From positions 16,695 through 80,694 of the forward strand of contig JBBDOA010000116.1 of NCBI GenBank assembly GCA_040877275.1: a stretch of DNA of 64,000 nucleotides, read 5' to 3'. This DNA is from Rhodospirillales bacterium (GTDB lineage Bacteria > Pseudomonadota > Alphaproteobacteria > Rhodospirillales > Casp-alpha2). Of this stretch, positions 19,241 to 29,192 are shown piece after piece. Made by a program: the position numbers and the translations under genes. The notes beneath the pieces were generated by a model. That model did not search any database. It had not been told where the DNA came from and saw only the letters and a program-made list of their open reading frames with translations. The stretch's first letter is position 1. The number at the start of each line of letters is the position of its first letter.

Positions 19241-19630
19241 TTATTGGTGTTCATCACCGCTGAGGCCCAGATGCAGCATCAGGCCGATAATCATGCCCTT
19301 GAGGCGGGGCAGGAACCAGAACGTGAGGAACGCTGTCGCCGGCAGCCAGATGGATAATTGCAGGGTTATCGACGGCTGTGCCAGGCGTTCGCTGAGCAGA
19401 ACCAGCGGCACGATGATGTGGCCGACCACAACCATCGTCAGATATGGCGGAAAATCATCGGCTCGTATGCGGCCGAGCTCCCGGCTGCAGACAGCACACT
19501 GATCGACCGGCTTGAGGAATTTGCCGAACAGATGCGACTGGCCACAACCTGGACAGATCTTGCAAAAGCCCCGCCACATCAGGGTGGCAATGCCCGGGAC
19601 CGGAAGCGATGTCTCAACATGTGTGCTCAT
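19241..19630 (-). CDS. DUF983 family protein
   Basis: RG..CPGCGQSHLF, CAVC, RADDFPPY, VVGHI, LPRLKG. Confidence 0.85.
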   Translation of the reverse strand: MSTHVETSLPVPGIATLMWRGFCKICPGCGQSHLFGKFLKPVDQCAVCSRELGRIRADDFPPYLTMVVVGHIIVPLVLLSERLAQPSITLQLSIWLPATAFLTFWFLPRLKGMIIGLMLHLGLSGDEHQ

Positions 19631-19740
19631 GGCCGCTTATTAATCATGAAAAGCGCTGATCGGCAAGCTGTACTGGCATGCACCGGTAACGCTCTGTATT
19701 GTGGCAGACAGCATGCGGGAAAGCAGCGGGGCGGCGGATA

Positions 19741-20442
19741 ATGACAGGTTTCTATATCCCGGTTTACGATGTTGTCGCTGTCGCCATCTATCTGGCAGGC
19801 TGGAGCGGATATTCGCTCTACGCCGACAAGCTGGCGCTCGAACGCCGCCCGGTCGCGGTGGTCATGAGCGATTACCGGCTGCGCTGGATGGAACGTATGC
19901 TGGAACGCGACAACCGCATGCCCGACGTCAATATCATGGTTTCATTCGTTCGTTCGGCGATGATGTTCGCTTCGACGACGATCCTGCTGATGGCCGGGTC
20001 ACTGGCGATGCTGGGACAGATCGACAATGTCCGCGAGCTGATCGCCGGCTTGCCTTATGCCCGCGCCGCCAGCCGCGGCCTGATGGAAATCCAGTTGATC
20101 ATCCTGACCTCGGTCTTTGTTTTTGCCTTCTTCAAGTTCCTGTGGTCGATCCGGCTTTTCAACAACATGCTGGTGTTGCTCGGTGCCGCGCCGCAGACGT
20201 CCGACTGTGATGAGCAGATCAAACGCCAGTATCCCCTGCACATGTCCCGGTTTCTTGACCGCGCCCAGCACAACCTCAACCTCGGCACCCGGGCCTACGC
20301 CTTTGGGCTCGGCCTGCTGCCGTGGTTCCTGCATCCCGTGCTGTTGCTGATATCGACCGTTGTCGTCATTGCCATGCTGCACCGGCGCGATTTCCGCTCG
20401 CTGTCGCTGCGTGTACTGGAAGACCTGCGCGAACATCACTGA
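19741..20442 (+). CDS. DUF599 family membrane protein
   Basis: YRLRWMERMLERDNRMPD, FASTT, AFFKFLWSIRLFN, RRDFRS. Confidence 0.85.
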   Translation: MTGFYIPVYDVVAVAIYLAGWSGYSLYADKLALERRPVAVVMSDYRLRWMERMLERDNRMPDVNIMVSFVRSAMMFASTTILLMAGSLAMLGQIDNVRELIAGLPYARAASRGLMEIQLIILTSVFVFAFFKFLWSIRLFNNMLVLLGAAPQTSDCDEQIKRQYPLHMSRFLDRAQHNLNLGTRAYAFGLGLLPWFLHPVLLLISTVVVIAMLHRRDFRSLSLRVLEDLREHH

Positions 20443-20467
20443 TTTCGGTTTGAAAGCAGGTCTGTGT

Positions 20468-20560
20468 CGATGCTTCGAGACGGGTGCTTCGCGCCCTCCT
20501 CAGCATGAAGGTTGTTTTTCCTCATCCTGAGGAAGCCTGAAAGGCCGTCTCGAAGGATCG
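20468..20560. repeat. REP-like doublet (family B, CTTCGAGACG...CCTCAG)
   Basis: Inverted ends gcttcgagacg / cgtctcgaagg; homologous to 35811-35909. Confidence 0.8.
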
Positions 20561-20612
20561 TTGCTTGCCCGCACCCCTTGCGATTGCGCCCGGAGAGCGT
20601 ATATTCCCGGCC

Positions 20613-21731
20613 ATGAGCGCTTTAAACACCCAAATGCAGATCAATCCGGCAAAAGCGGCCAAAGACACCCGTGTCGTCGTCGCCATGTCCGGTGGTGTCG
20701 ACAGCTCGGTGACGGCGGCGCTGATGGCCGAGGCCGGCTATGACGTTGTCGGCGTCACGCTGCAGCTTTATGACCACGGCGAAGCGGTCCAGAAAAAGGG
20801 TGCCTGCTGCGCCGGTCAGGATATCTATGACGCCAAGCGGGTCGCCGACCGCCTTGGTATTCCGCATTACGTGCTGGATTATGAAAACCGTTTCCGTGAA
20901 CAGGTAATGGAAGATTTTGCCGACACCTACCTGCGCGGTGAAACGCCGATCCCGTGCGTGAAGTGCAATCAGACCGTCAAATTCAGGGATCTGCTCGGTA
21001 CCGCCAGGGACCTCGGTGCTGAAGCCATGGTTACCGGTCATTACGTGCGCCGCCTGGCCGGTGCGCACGGGGCCGAATTGCACCGCGCCGTCGACAAGTC
21101 AAAAGACCAGAGCTACTTCCTGTTCTCGACAACCGGCGGACAGCTTGATTTTCTGCGTTTTCCGCTGGGCGACATGGACAAGGCGGAAACCCGCCGCCAT
21201 GCGGCACGCTTCGCGCTGCCGGTCGCCGACAAGCCGGAAAGTCAGGATATCTGTTTCGTGCCGAACGGTTCCTATGCGCGAGTCGTTGAACGGCTGCGGC
21301 CGGGTGCCTGCGATCCGGGCGAGATCGTCGATCTCGACGGTAACGTGCTGGGTGCGCATGACGGCATCATCAATTTCACGGTCGGTCAGCGCCGGGGTCT
21401 TGGCGTCGCGACCGGCGAGCCCTTGTATGTGGTCAGGATTGATCCGGTTCTGAAACGCGTGCTGGTCGGACCGAAAGAAGCACTGCTGTGCGCCGAAATC
21501 GGCGTCAGCGAGATGAACTGGCTGGATCATACACCGATCAGCGAAGCGCCGCGCCGGGTGCAGGTCAAGGTGCGTTCAACGACCGAACCGGTCGCTGCAG
21601 ATATCGCGCTCAAAGATGATAAAGTCCATGTTCGCTTTGCCGAGCCGCAGGCCGGCGTTGCGCCGGGACAGGCCTGTGTCGTGTATGACGCCGACCGCGT
21701 TCTGGGCGGCGGCTGGATCGTCCGCGATTAA
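20613..21731 (+). CDS. mnmA: tRNA-specific 2-thiouridylase
   Basis: [50 protein letters not shown]. Confidence 0.97.
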   Translation: MSALNTQMQINPAKAAKDTRVVVAMSGGVDSSVTAALMAEAGYDVVGVTLQLYDHGEAVQKKGACCAGQDIYDAKRVADRLGIPHYVLDYENRFREQVMEDFADTYLRGETPIPCVKCNQTVKFRDLLGTARDLGAEAMVTGHYVRRLAGAHGAELHRAVDKSKDQSYFLFSTTGGQLDFLRFPLGDMDKAETRRHAARFALPVADKPESQDICFVPNGSYARVVERLRPGACDPGEIVDLDGNVLGAHDGIINFTVGQRRGLGVATGEPLYVVRIDPVLKRVLVGPKEALLCAEIGVSEMNWLDHTPISEAPRRVQVKVRSTTEPVAADIALKDDKVHVRFAEPQAGVAPGQACVVYDADRVLGGGWIVRD

Positions 21732-21776
21732 CCCCTCTCCTTGGGGAGAGGGCGGCGCGTAGCGCCGGGTGAGGGG
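21732..21776. repeat. REP-like element (family C, CCCTCTCC..GGGAGAGGG)
   Basis: Near-identical to reverse complement of 29782-29829; between convergent genes. Confidence 0.8.
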
Positions 21777-22106
21777 TCAGCCCCTTGGTCCGAACAGGAT
21801 CACCAGCGCACCGATCACACACAGCATGACGCCGAAGCCGTCCCAGCGGTCGGGTCTGGCACCCTCGACCAGCCACATCCAGGCCATGCTGGCCATGATG
21901 TAAATTCCCCCATAGGCGGCAAAGGCGCGCCCGGCAAAGGCACTGTCAACCCGCGTCAAAATCCAGGCGAAGGCGATCAGCGCAAGGACGCCCGGGATCA
22001 TCCATAGCCCGGACCGCTCCAGCCGCAACCACGCCCAGAAAGCGAAACATCCGGCGATTTCGGCGATAGCGGCAGCGATATAAAGGGCAATATTGGATGG
22101 GGCCAT
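21777..22106 (-). CDS. YnfA/UPF0060 family membrane protein
   Basis: [23 protein letters not shown]. Confidence 0.92.
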   Translation of the reverse strand: MAPSNIALYIAAAIAEIAGCFAFWAWLRLERSGLWMIPGVLALIAFAWILTRVDSAFAGRAFAAYGGIYIMASMAWMWLVEGARPDRWDGFGVMLCVIGALVILFGPRG

Positions 22107-22218
22107 GGGGCCAGCTTAGCGGATCGTCGGCCCCGCGAACAGCACCGCTCTCCCATATTGGCGCCCGCCAAATTAATTGGCGATGGAGAGGGAGGATGAG
22201 GGAAATATTTGTATGTTC

Positions 22219-22358
22219 TCGTCATCCCGGCCCAAGCAGAGCGGAGAGCCGGGACCCATCTGCACCCGTGTGCGCTGGTGCCGTGCTGAAATGGGTCCCG
22301 GATCGCTGGCTTTCCTGGCCTCGCTGCGCTCGGAGGAAAACCGCGCCCGGGATGACGA
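22219..22358. repeat. REP-like composite element (family A, long form)
   Basis: tcgtcatcccgg...gggacccat...atgggtcccgg...ccgggatgacga; homologous to reverse complement of 50937-51071. Confidence 0.8.
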
Positions 22359-22403
22359 TCAGGTAAGATACCGTCCGCCCCTCACCCTGCTCGCTGCAGG
22401 CGC

Positions 22404-24239
22404 TTAACCGTTGAGTTCATCGAGTTTCGCCGCCGCCTCGCGGGCTTCCTGCTGCCGTGTCCACATGTCGGCGTAGACGCCGCCCATAGCCAGGAGCACC
22501 GGGTGCGTACCGCGCTCGATAATCTCGCCCGACTGCAGCACCAGGATCTCGTCGGCATCGATGATGGTCGATAGCCGGTGTGCGATGGTCAGGGTCGTGC
22601 GGTCGGCGGAAACATCGCGAAAGCTGTCGAGGATTTCCTGCTCGGTGCGGCTGTCCAAGGCCGAGGTGGCCTCGTCGAAAACCAGTATGCGCGGGTTCTT
22701 GAGGATGGTGCGGGCAATGGCGACCCGCTGTTTCTCGCCACCCGACAATTTCAGGCCGCGCTCGCCGACTTTCGCCTGATAGCCGTCCGGCAGGCTCATG
22801 ATGAAGTCATGGATGCGGGCCTGACGGGCCGCCTGTTCGACCTCACCCGGCGCGGCGCCGGGGGCACCATAGGCGATGTTGTAATAGATCGTATCGTTAA
22901 ACAGCACGGTATCCTGCGGCACGATGCCGATGGCGGCGCGCAGGCTTTTCTGAGTCACGCCGGCAATGTCGTCGCCGTCGATCAGGACGCTGCCCTGATC
23001 GATGTCATAGAACCGGTAGAGGATGCGCGAGATGGTTGACTTGCCCGATCCCGACGGGCCGACAATGGCCAGTTTCTTGCCGGCGGGCACGCTGAATGAC
23101 ACATCCTTGAGGATGGCGCGTCTCGGGTCATAGGCGAACGAAACGTCCTTGAATTCGACCGCACCCGGACCGTCCCTGAGCGGCCGGGCATCCGGCGCAT
23201 CGGCGATCTCGGTCGGTTCGTGCAGCAGTTCGAACATGGATTCCATGTCGATCAGGGAACGCTTGATCTCGCGGTAAACGAATCCGAGAAAGTTCAGTGG
23301 CATGAATATCTGGATCAGATACGCATTGACCAGAACAAAATCGCCAAGCGTCATGCTGCCGTCGGCGACACCGTAGCCGGCCATGATCATGGCGGCGGTG
23401 ACGCCGAGCGAGATGATCAGTCCCTGACCGATGTTGAGGACCGCCAGCGAGGTGCCGTTCTTGACGGCGGCATGTTCATAACGGCGCAACGCCTGGTCGA
23501 AACGGTCGGCTTCGTGATCCTCGTTGCCGAAGTATTTAACGGTTTCGAAGTTGAGCAGGCTGTCGATGGCCCTGGTGTTGGCCTCGTTGTCGGTATCGTT
23601 CATGGTGCGGCGGAACTTGATCCGCCATTCGGTGACAGCCAGCGTCCAGACCACATAGATGACGAGGATGGCGAAGGTCAGGGCGGCATAGTCGAAGCCA
23701 TAGAGATTCCAAAGGATGCCGCAGACCAGGACAACTTCGAGGATCGTCGGCAGGACGTTGAACAGCATAAACCTGAGCAGAAACTCGATGCCGGCCGTGC
23801 CGCGTTCGACGGCGCGCGCGACGCCGCCGGTCTTGCGGTCGAGATGAAACCGGAGCGACAGGTGGTGCAGGTGGCGAAAGGTCTTGAGGCCGGCCAGCCG
23901 GATCGCCCGCTGCGCGACCCGGGTAAAAACCGCATCCCGTAATTCGCCAAAGGCCAGCGCCAGAACCCGGCAGATACCGTAGCCGATGATCAATGCCACC
24001 GGGACACTGACGGCGACGGGCACGCTGCCGCCAGCCGTCAGGATGTCGACAGCTTGTTTGTAGAAAATGGGTACGGATACGTTCGTTGCCTTGGCGGCGA
24101 CCAACAGGACCATGGCGATGATGACGCGGCCGCGCAATCCGCTCTCGCCTGCTGGCCACAGATAGGGCAGCAACGTCCGGATGGTCGACAATTCGCCGGT
24201 TTGGGTCATCGGACCGGGACCGGGGGTGCGGCTTCGCAT
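22404..24239 (-). CDS. ABCB/Atm1-type ABC transporter (fused permease-ATPase)
   Basis: LSLRFHLDRKTG, DSLLNFETVKYF, PLNFLGFVYREI, GPSGSGKST, LSGGEKQR; start 24239 or 24209. Confidence 0.93.
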   Translation of the reverse strand: MRSRTPGPGPMTQTGELSTIRTLLPYLWPAGESGLRGRVIIAMVLLVAAKATNVSVPIFYKQAVDILTAGGSVPVAVSVPVALIIGYGICRVLALAFGELRDAVFTRVAQRAIRLAGLKTFRHLHHLSLRFHLDRKTGGVARAVERGTAGIEFLLRFMLFNVLPTILEVVLVCGILWNLYGFDYAALTFAILVIYVVWTLAVTEWRIKFRRTMNDTDNEANTRAIDSLLNFETVKYFGNEDHEADRFDQALRRYEHAAVKNGTSLAVLNIGQGLIISLGVTAAMIMAGYGVADGSMTLGDFVLVNAYLIQIFMPLNFLGFVYREIKRSLIDMESMFELLHEPTEIADAPDARPLRDGPGAVEFKDVSFAYDPRRAILKDVSFSVPAGKKLAIVGPSGSGKSTISRILYRFYDIDQGSVLIDGDDIAGVTQKSLRAAIGIVPQDTVLFNDTIYYNIAYGAPGAAPGEVEQAARQARIHDFIMSLPDGYQAKVGERGLKLSGGEKQRVAIARTILKNPRILVFDEATSALDSRTEQEILDSFRDVSADRTTLTIAHRLSTIIDADEILVLQSGEIIERGTHPVLLAMGGVYADMWTRQQEAREAAAKLDELNG

Positions 24240-24373
24240 GGCGTTCTCGTTGCAGTTGGTGTTCGGCTTATATAGTGTGCGCGCTCGCACGCGTCACTTA
24301 AAGCGTTGGTTTGGCGCGAATAAAGCTTATCGTTGGTTTATCTTTGTCTTTGAAGACGTGTATTGAGGCCTGA

Positions 24374-24874
24374 ATGTCAGGGTACGATTTCGAAACGCTC
24401 AAGGTTCTGGTTGTTGATGACAGCCGCCCCATGCGTTCATTGATCAAAAGCTTCCTGCTCGGCTTTGGCGTCAAGGAAATGTTCGAGGCCATCGACGCCA
24501 ACGAGGCGTTCGTTGAAGTCAGGGACTCCAGCCCCGACATCGTTATTACCGACTGGCGCATGCCGCCGACCGACGGGATTGAACTGGTGCGGCAAATCCG
24601 TATGGATTTGAACAGCCCGAACCCGTATCTTCCGATTATCATGCTGACAGGATTTACCGAATTGCATCGCGTCAAACAGGCAAGGGATGCCGGGGTGACG
24701 GCGTTTCTGGCCAAGCCGATCTCGGCGCAAGCGCTGTATCGCAGGTTGTGTACGGTGATCGAGGATCAAAGACCGTTTGTGCGGGTCGGCGCGTTTTTTG
24801 GTCCTGACCGGCGCGCCAAACGCCGCTCGGAGCCGTATATGGGCGTTGAACGGCGTCATGTATATCAAGACTGA
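24374..24874 (+). CDS. CheY-like response regulator with Arg-rich C-tail (Cle-like, putative c-di-GMP binding)
   Basis: REC with intact Asp (ITDWRM); tail FFGPDRR...YMGVERR. Confidence 0.75.
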   Translation: MSGYDFETLKVLVVDDSRPMRSLIKSFLLGFGVKEMFEAIDANEAFVEVRDSSPDIVITDWRMPPTDGIELVRQIRMDLNSPNPYLPIIMLTGFTELHRVKQARDAGVTAFLAKPISAQALYRRLCTVIEDQRPFVRVGAFFGPDRRAKRRSEPYMGVERRHVYQD

Positions 24875-24879
24875 CCGGC

Positions 24880-25353
24880 ATGGCTGACAAACCTGAAAAA
24901 ATATTCCCGCCCAACCGGCTTTCCGGAAAAGTCCGCAAGACCGGCGGGCCGTCGCCTGAAAAGGCGATCCTGCGAGCACTGAACGCCGCCGAGGACCTGA
25001 TTGACAGTTATCAGGGCTGGGCTGTCGATGATCTGGCGGCATTGTGGAAAGCCTATGAGGAAACCCGCTCGAACAGCGGCAATCCTCAGCAGATATTGAA
25101 AATGTTCGAGATCGCTCATGGTATCCGTGGCGAGGGCGGCAGCTTCGGCTTTCAGCTGATCTCGACGATCGGCGATTCGCTCTGCAAGTTCCTCGAAGGT
25201 AAACGGAAACTGACGGCGTCGGGATCGGAAGTCGTCAAGGTTCACATCCTTGCCATGCGCGCCGTGTTCCGCCAGAAACTGAAGGGGCCACAACCGGCGA
25301 TGGAGCGTGATTTGCGCCAGCTTCTGGCCTTGCTGCGCCAGCGGGTCCGCTGA
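24880..25353 (+). CDS. Hpt-like phosphorelay protein
   Basis: PPNRL N-terminus; AHGIRGEGGSFGF (HxxxG Hpt-type motif); 5 nt after the regulator. Confidence 0.7.
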   Translation: MADKPEKIFPPNRLSGKVRKTGGPSPEKAILRALNAAEDLIDSYQGWAVDDLAALWKAYEETRSNSGNPQQILKMFEIAHGIRGEGGSFGFQLISTIGDSLCKFLEGKRKLTASGSEVVKVHILAMRAVFRQKLKGPQPAMERDLRQLLALLRQRVR

Positions 25354-25365
25354 TTATAGGCTGAA

Positions 25366-25812
25366 CTAGACGTCCCTGCTGTCCATGGCGATGGTGAACG
25401 GACCGTCGTTAACCAGATGCACTTTCATATCGGCGGCGAAAATGCCGGTCTCGACGCTGATTCCGTCTTCGCGCAGGACGGCACAATAGTTTTCATAGAG
25501 CATTTTGGCCCGCTCCGGCGCTTCGGCCCGGGAGAAACCGGGGCGGTTTCCCTTCCGCCAGATTGCGGCGAGTGTAAATTGACTGATTACGAGGATTTTT
25601 CCGCCTTTTTGCGCAATATCGAGGTTCGTTTTGCCGTCAGAATCGGAAAATATGCGCATTCTTGCAGCTTTATGCGCAAAGTAGGCCGCATCGTCGTCGC
25701 TGTCTCCCTGCTCGGCACAGAACAAAATCAGCAAACCCGGCCCGATTTCACCGACGATTTTCCCATCGACCGTGACCGAGGCTTCCAGAACGCGCTGCAG
25801 CACCGCCTTAAT
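25366..25812 (-). CDS. dtd: D-aminoacyl-tRNA deacylase (apparent ATT start)
   Basis: (I)KAVLQRV, RIF, ISQFTL, KGNRPGF, NDGPFT. Confidence 0.93.
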   Translation of the reverse strand: MKAVLQRVLEASVTVDGKIVGEIGPGLLILFCAEQGDSDDDAAYFAHKAARMRIFSDSDGKTNLDIAQKGGKILVISQFTLAAIWRKGNRPGFSRAEAPERAKMLYENYCAVLREDGISVETGIFAADMKVHLVNDGPFTIAMDSRDV

Positions 25813-25815
25813 GGC

Positions 25816-27384
25816 TCACTCCCACTCGATGGTGCCGGGCGGTTTCGAGGTGACGTCGTAGACGACCCGGTTGATGCCCTTGACTTCATTGACGATGCGG
25901 CTGGAAACGCGGCTCAGGAACTCGTGATCGAAAGGGAAGTAATCCGCTGTCATGCCGTCTGTTGAGGTCACGGCGCGGAGCGCACAGACGAAATCATAGG
26001 TCCGGGCGTCACCCATGACGCCGACGGTCTGCACCGGCAACAGCACGGCGAAGGCCTGCCAGATGGTGTCATAAAGGCCGGCCTTGCGGATTTCGTCCAG
26101 ATACACAACATCGGCGGCACGCAGGATGTCGAGACGGTCTTTGGTGATGACGCCGGGGATGCGGATGGCAAGGCCCGGCCCCGGAAAAGGGTGACGGCCG
26201 ACGAAGCTTTCCGGCAAGCCAAGTTCGCGGCCGAGCGCCCGGACCTCGTCCTTGAACAACTCGCGCAGGGGCTCGACCAGTTGCATGTTCATGCGTTCGG
26301 GCAGGCCACCGACGTTGTGGTGCGACTTGATGGTGACGCTGGGCCCGCCGGTGAACGACACCGACTCGATGACATCCGGATAGAGCGTCCCCTGCGCCAG
26401 AAAATCTGCACCGCCGACTTTTTTGGCTTCTTCATCAAACACATCGATGAACAGCCGACCGATGGTCTTGCGTTTCAGTTCCGGATCGGAGACGCCGTCC
26501 AGCTCGCCCAGGAACAGCGCTTCGGCGTTCCGGTGGACAAGCGGAATATTGTAGTGATCGCGGAACAGCGAGACCACTTCATCGGCTTCGTTGGCACGCA
26601 TCAGGCCATGATCGACAAAGACGCAGGTCAGCTGATCGCCGATCGCTTCGTGCAACAGAACGGCGACGACGGAACTGTCAACCCCGCCGGACAGCCCGCA
26701 AATGACACGGCCACGACCGACCTGTTCGCGGACTTTGCGGATCGCCTCGTCCTTGAACGACGCCATGGTCCAGTCGCCGCCGGCGCCGCAGATCTTGTGG
26801 GTGAAATTTTTCAGCAGTCTGGCGCCGTCCGGGGTGTGCATGACTTCCGGGTGAAACTGCACGCCATAAAGTTTGCGGGCCTCGTCGGCGATGATCGCGA
26901 ACGGCGAGCCGTCGGACGTACCGACCACCGCGAAGCCATCCGGAATCGCGTCGATCCGGTCGCCGTGGCTCATCCAGACCTGATGCTTTTCGCCGGGTTT
27001 CCAGATGCCTTCGAACAGGCAGCAGTCGGCCTTGATCTCGACAAAGGCGCGGCCGAATTCGCGGTGCGTCGAGGGCTGCACCTGGCCGCCCATCTGCTGC
27101 ACCATGGTCTGTTCGCCGTAACAGATGCCGAACACCGGCACGCCGAGCGCGAATACGGCGTCATGGGCGCGGGGCGTTGTTGCTTCGTGCACGCTGGCCG
27201 GGCCGCCGGACAGGATGATACCCTTGGGCGCATAGGCCGTGAGGCTTTCAGCGGTGATAGTGTTGAACGGGTGAATTTCGCAATAAACGCCGGATTCCCG
27301 GACCCGCCTGGCGATGAGCTGGGTCACCTGCGAGCCGAAATCGACGATCAGAATGCGGTCATGCCGGGTGCTGATATCAGTCAT
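25816..27384 (-). CDS. guaA: GMP synthase (glutamine-hydrolysing)
   Basis: [41 protein letters not shown]. Confidence 0.98.
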   Translation of the reverse strand: MTDISTRHDRILIVDFGSQVTQLIARRVRESGVYCEIHPFNTITAESLTAYAPKGIILSGGPASVHEATTPRAHDAVFALGVPVFGICYGEQTMVQQMGGQVQPSTHREFGRAFVEIKADCCLFEGIWKPGEKHQVWMSHGDRIDAIPDGFAVVGTSDGSPFAIIADEARKLYGVQFHPEVMHTPDGARLLKNFTHKICGAGGDWTMASFKDEAIRKVREQVGRGRVICGLSGGVDSSVVAVLLHEAIGDQLTCVFVDHGLMRANEADEVVSLFRDHYNIPLVHRNAEALFLGELDGVSDPELKRKTIGRLFIDVFDEEAKKVGGADFLAQGTLYPDVIESVSFTGGPSVTIKSHHNVGGLPERMNMQLVEPLRELFKDEVRALGRELGLPESFVGRHPFPGPGLAIRIPGVITKDRLDILRAADVVYLDEIRKAGLYDTIWQAFAVLLPVQTVGVMGDARTYDFVCALRAVTSTDGMTADYFPFDHEFLSRVSSRIVNEVKGINRVVYDVTSKPPGTIEWE

Positions 27385-27538
27385 GACGTCTGATAGCGGA
27401 TCGTTCCGGAAAAGGAAAGGGGGAAGGGGGTGAGGATGCAAGTTGACGCTTCGTTAACCATTTTTCCATCGAATCGCCCGAGAATGTGGATGCCGCCCCG
27501 CCATAATTGCTGGCTTGGTCTGGAGAGGATGAGATCAA

Positions 27539-28402
27539 GTGATCACAGTTATGCCCAACTGGCGTCTGATGTGTGTGTCGTGTCTGGTGACCGGCGTGCT
27601 TGGCGCACCGGCAATCGCACAGAATAGCAAATCCGAACCGCTGATGGTGCGGATCAGCAAGCCGGACTGCCAGCGCGTTGTCCGCCATCAGGCCAGCGCC
27701 GATGTTGCCTACAAGCCGGGCGTTGATGTGCGCGGCAATGCCGTGGCACCGGCGGAGGCTTCCGGCGGCTTCACGATTCCGCTGCCCGATGTCTTTGAAT
27801 TCAACATTACCAGGGATCTGGCGGCTTATCTGGGCGGTGCCGAAGACAAGCTGGCAGCCGACAAGGCAGCGGCGATTGCTGGAGAACGCTCGGTCAGTGC
27901 CACCGATGCCGCGCTGGCATCGGCTGAAACGTCGCTGGCCGGTGCTGAAACGGCCTATGACGCCGCTGTGGCAGCGGCGACAGCGGCACCGAATGATGCC
28001 GCTCTGGCAGCAGCAGCGGCGAGCGCCGAAACCAACCTGGCGGCGACGCAGACGGCCTATGACGCAACCCAGACGGCGGCCAGTGCGGATGACGTGTCGT
28101 CAGCGCTGACCCAGTCGCAGGCAGCACTGGCCGCAGCCAAACAGACCGGCTATATCCCGGATGCTGCGGCGACAACCGAAAGCGAAACGGCATCGCAGGC
28201 AGCAGCGGATGCGGAAGCAGCCGATAAGGCCGCGCTGCAAGCAGCGGAAACCGTCGCCAAAAGTTCGGACATGACCCTTAATATCGGCACGGTGCGCTAT
28301 GACATCCGATCCGGTGCGATGACCTTCAACGGCCAGCCGCTGACCGGGCAATCCGAAGCTGATCTGGCGGCGCAATGCCGTGCCATGCTGCAGGCAAAAT
28401 AG
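27539..28402 (+). CDS. Hypothetical secreted protein with long Ala-rich insert
   Basis: Signal peptide; DVAYKPGVDVRG..VAPA and FNGQPL...C terminal segments flanking an Ala/Thr/Glu-rich middle; start 27539 or 27551. Confidence 0.7.
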   Translation: MITVMPNWRLMCVSCLVTGVLGAPAIAQNSKSEPLMVRISKPDCQRVVRHQASADVAYKPGVDVRGNAVAPAEASGGFTIPLPDVFEFNITRDLAAYLGGAEDKLAADKAAAIAGERSVSATDAALASAETSLAGAETAYDAAVAAATAAPNDAALAAAAASAETNLAATQTAYDATQTAASADDVSSALTQSQAALAAAKQTGYIPDAAATTESETASQAAADAEAADKAALQAAETVAKSSDMTLNIGTVRYDIRSGAMTFNGQPLTGQSEADLAAQCRAMLQAK

Positions 28403-28550
28403 GGATTTTGCGCATAGGCAGCAACTTCTGCCCATTATTCGGTACTAAACTGCGGATCGCGGATTGCGAAATTTCACGGCGGCGTTAACTTAAGGTCCAG
28501 TAAACGGTCGTTCATACGAATATCGACCGGTACTGCCTGGGAGGGCATAT

Positions 28551-29081
28551 TTGATGGATGGAAGTACACACCCCCACGACGCGTGGTCGCGGGCCATGTT
28601 CAAGCAGTTCAAGGACGCCGGCGTCAGGCTGTTCAGCTATATCCCCGATGCCGGCAATGCCCGGCTGTCGGTGCTGGCGGAAGAAGACAACGAGACCCGT
28701 TGCGTCCTGCTGACGACCGAGGAGGAAGGCGTATCACTGGCCGGCCGTGCCGATCTGGTCGGCCAGAAATCCGTCCTGATGATGCAGTCATCCGGCCTCG
28801 GCAATTGCCCGAACTTCCTGTCGTTCGTCAAGGGCGGCGGTTTCCCGATCCTGATGATGATCTCGATGCGTGGTGATTTCGGCGAGCAGAATCCCTGGCA
28901 GTACCCGATGGGCGAAGCGGTCGAGCCGATCCTTGAAGCGATGGGCGTGCTGATCTTCAAGGTGGATCGTGCCGACGAGGTCGAGGCGGCGACGCAGGCA
29001 GCCATCAATGCGGCGTTCAAGGGCGGCAAGTCGGCGGCGCTGATCCTGAGTCAGAAATTTCTCGGCGCCAAGGGCTTTTGA
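28551..29081 (+). CDS. ThDP-dependent phosphonopyruvate/sulfopyruvate decarboxylase, alpha (ComD-like) subunit
   Basis: YIPD, TTEEEGV, MQSSGLGN, MRGDFGEQNPWQ. Confidence 0.8.
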   Translation: MMDGSTHPHDAWSRAMFKQFKDAGVRLFSYIPDAGNARLSVLAEEDNETRCVLLTTEEEGVSLAGRADLVGQKSVLMMQSSGLGNCPNFLSFVKGGGFPILMMISMRGDFGEQNPWQYPMGEAVEPILEAMGVLIFKVDRADEVEAATQAAINAAFKGGKSAALILSQKFLGAKGF

Positions 29082-29117
29082 AGCAAAGGCGCTGAAATTC
29101 AATCATACAGTTTTCGT

Positions 29118-29178
29118 TGTCATTCCGGCACAGGCCGGAATCCAGGGAGACTGGACCCCGGCCTGCGCCGGGGTGACG
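29118..29178. repeat. REP-like doublet (family A, short form)
   Basis: gtcattccggcacaggccggaatccag...ctggaccccggcctgcgccggggtgacg; homologous to 50819-50919. Confidence 0.8.
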
Positions 29179-29192
29179 TACCGGAGGATATC

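Noticed and set aside
26191-27393. Long antisense or overlapping ORFs (also 1296-2267, 15178-16401, 48533-49522, 51006-52592, 59261-60250)
   Set aside because: Shadow frames of well-supported genes, expected in high-GC DNA; no motifs.
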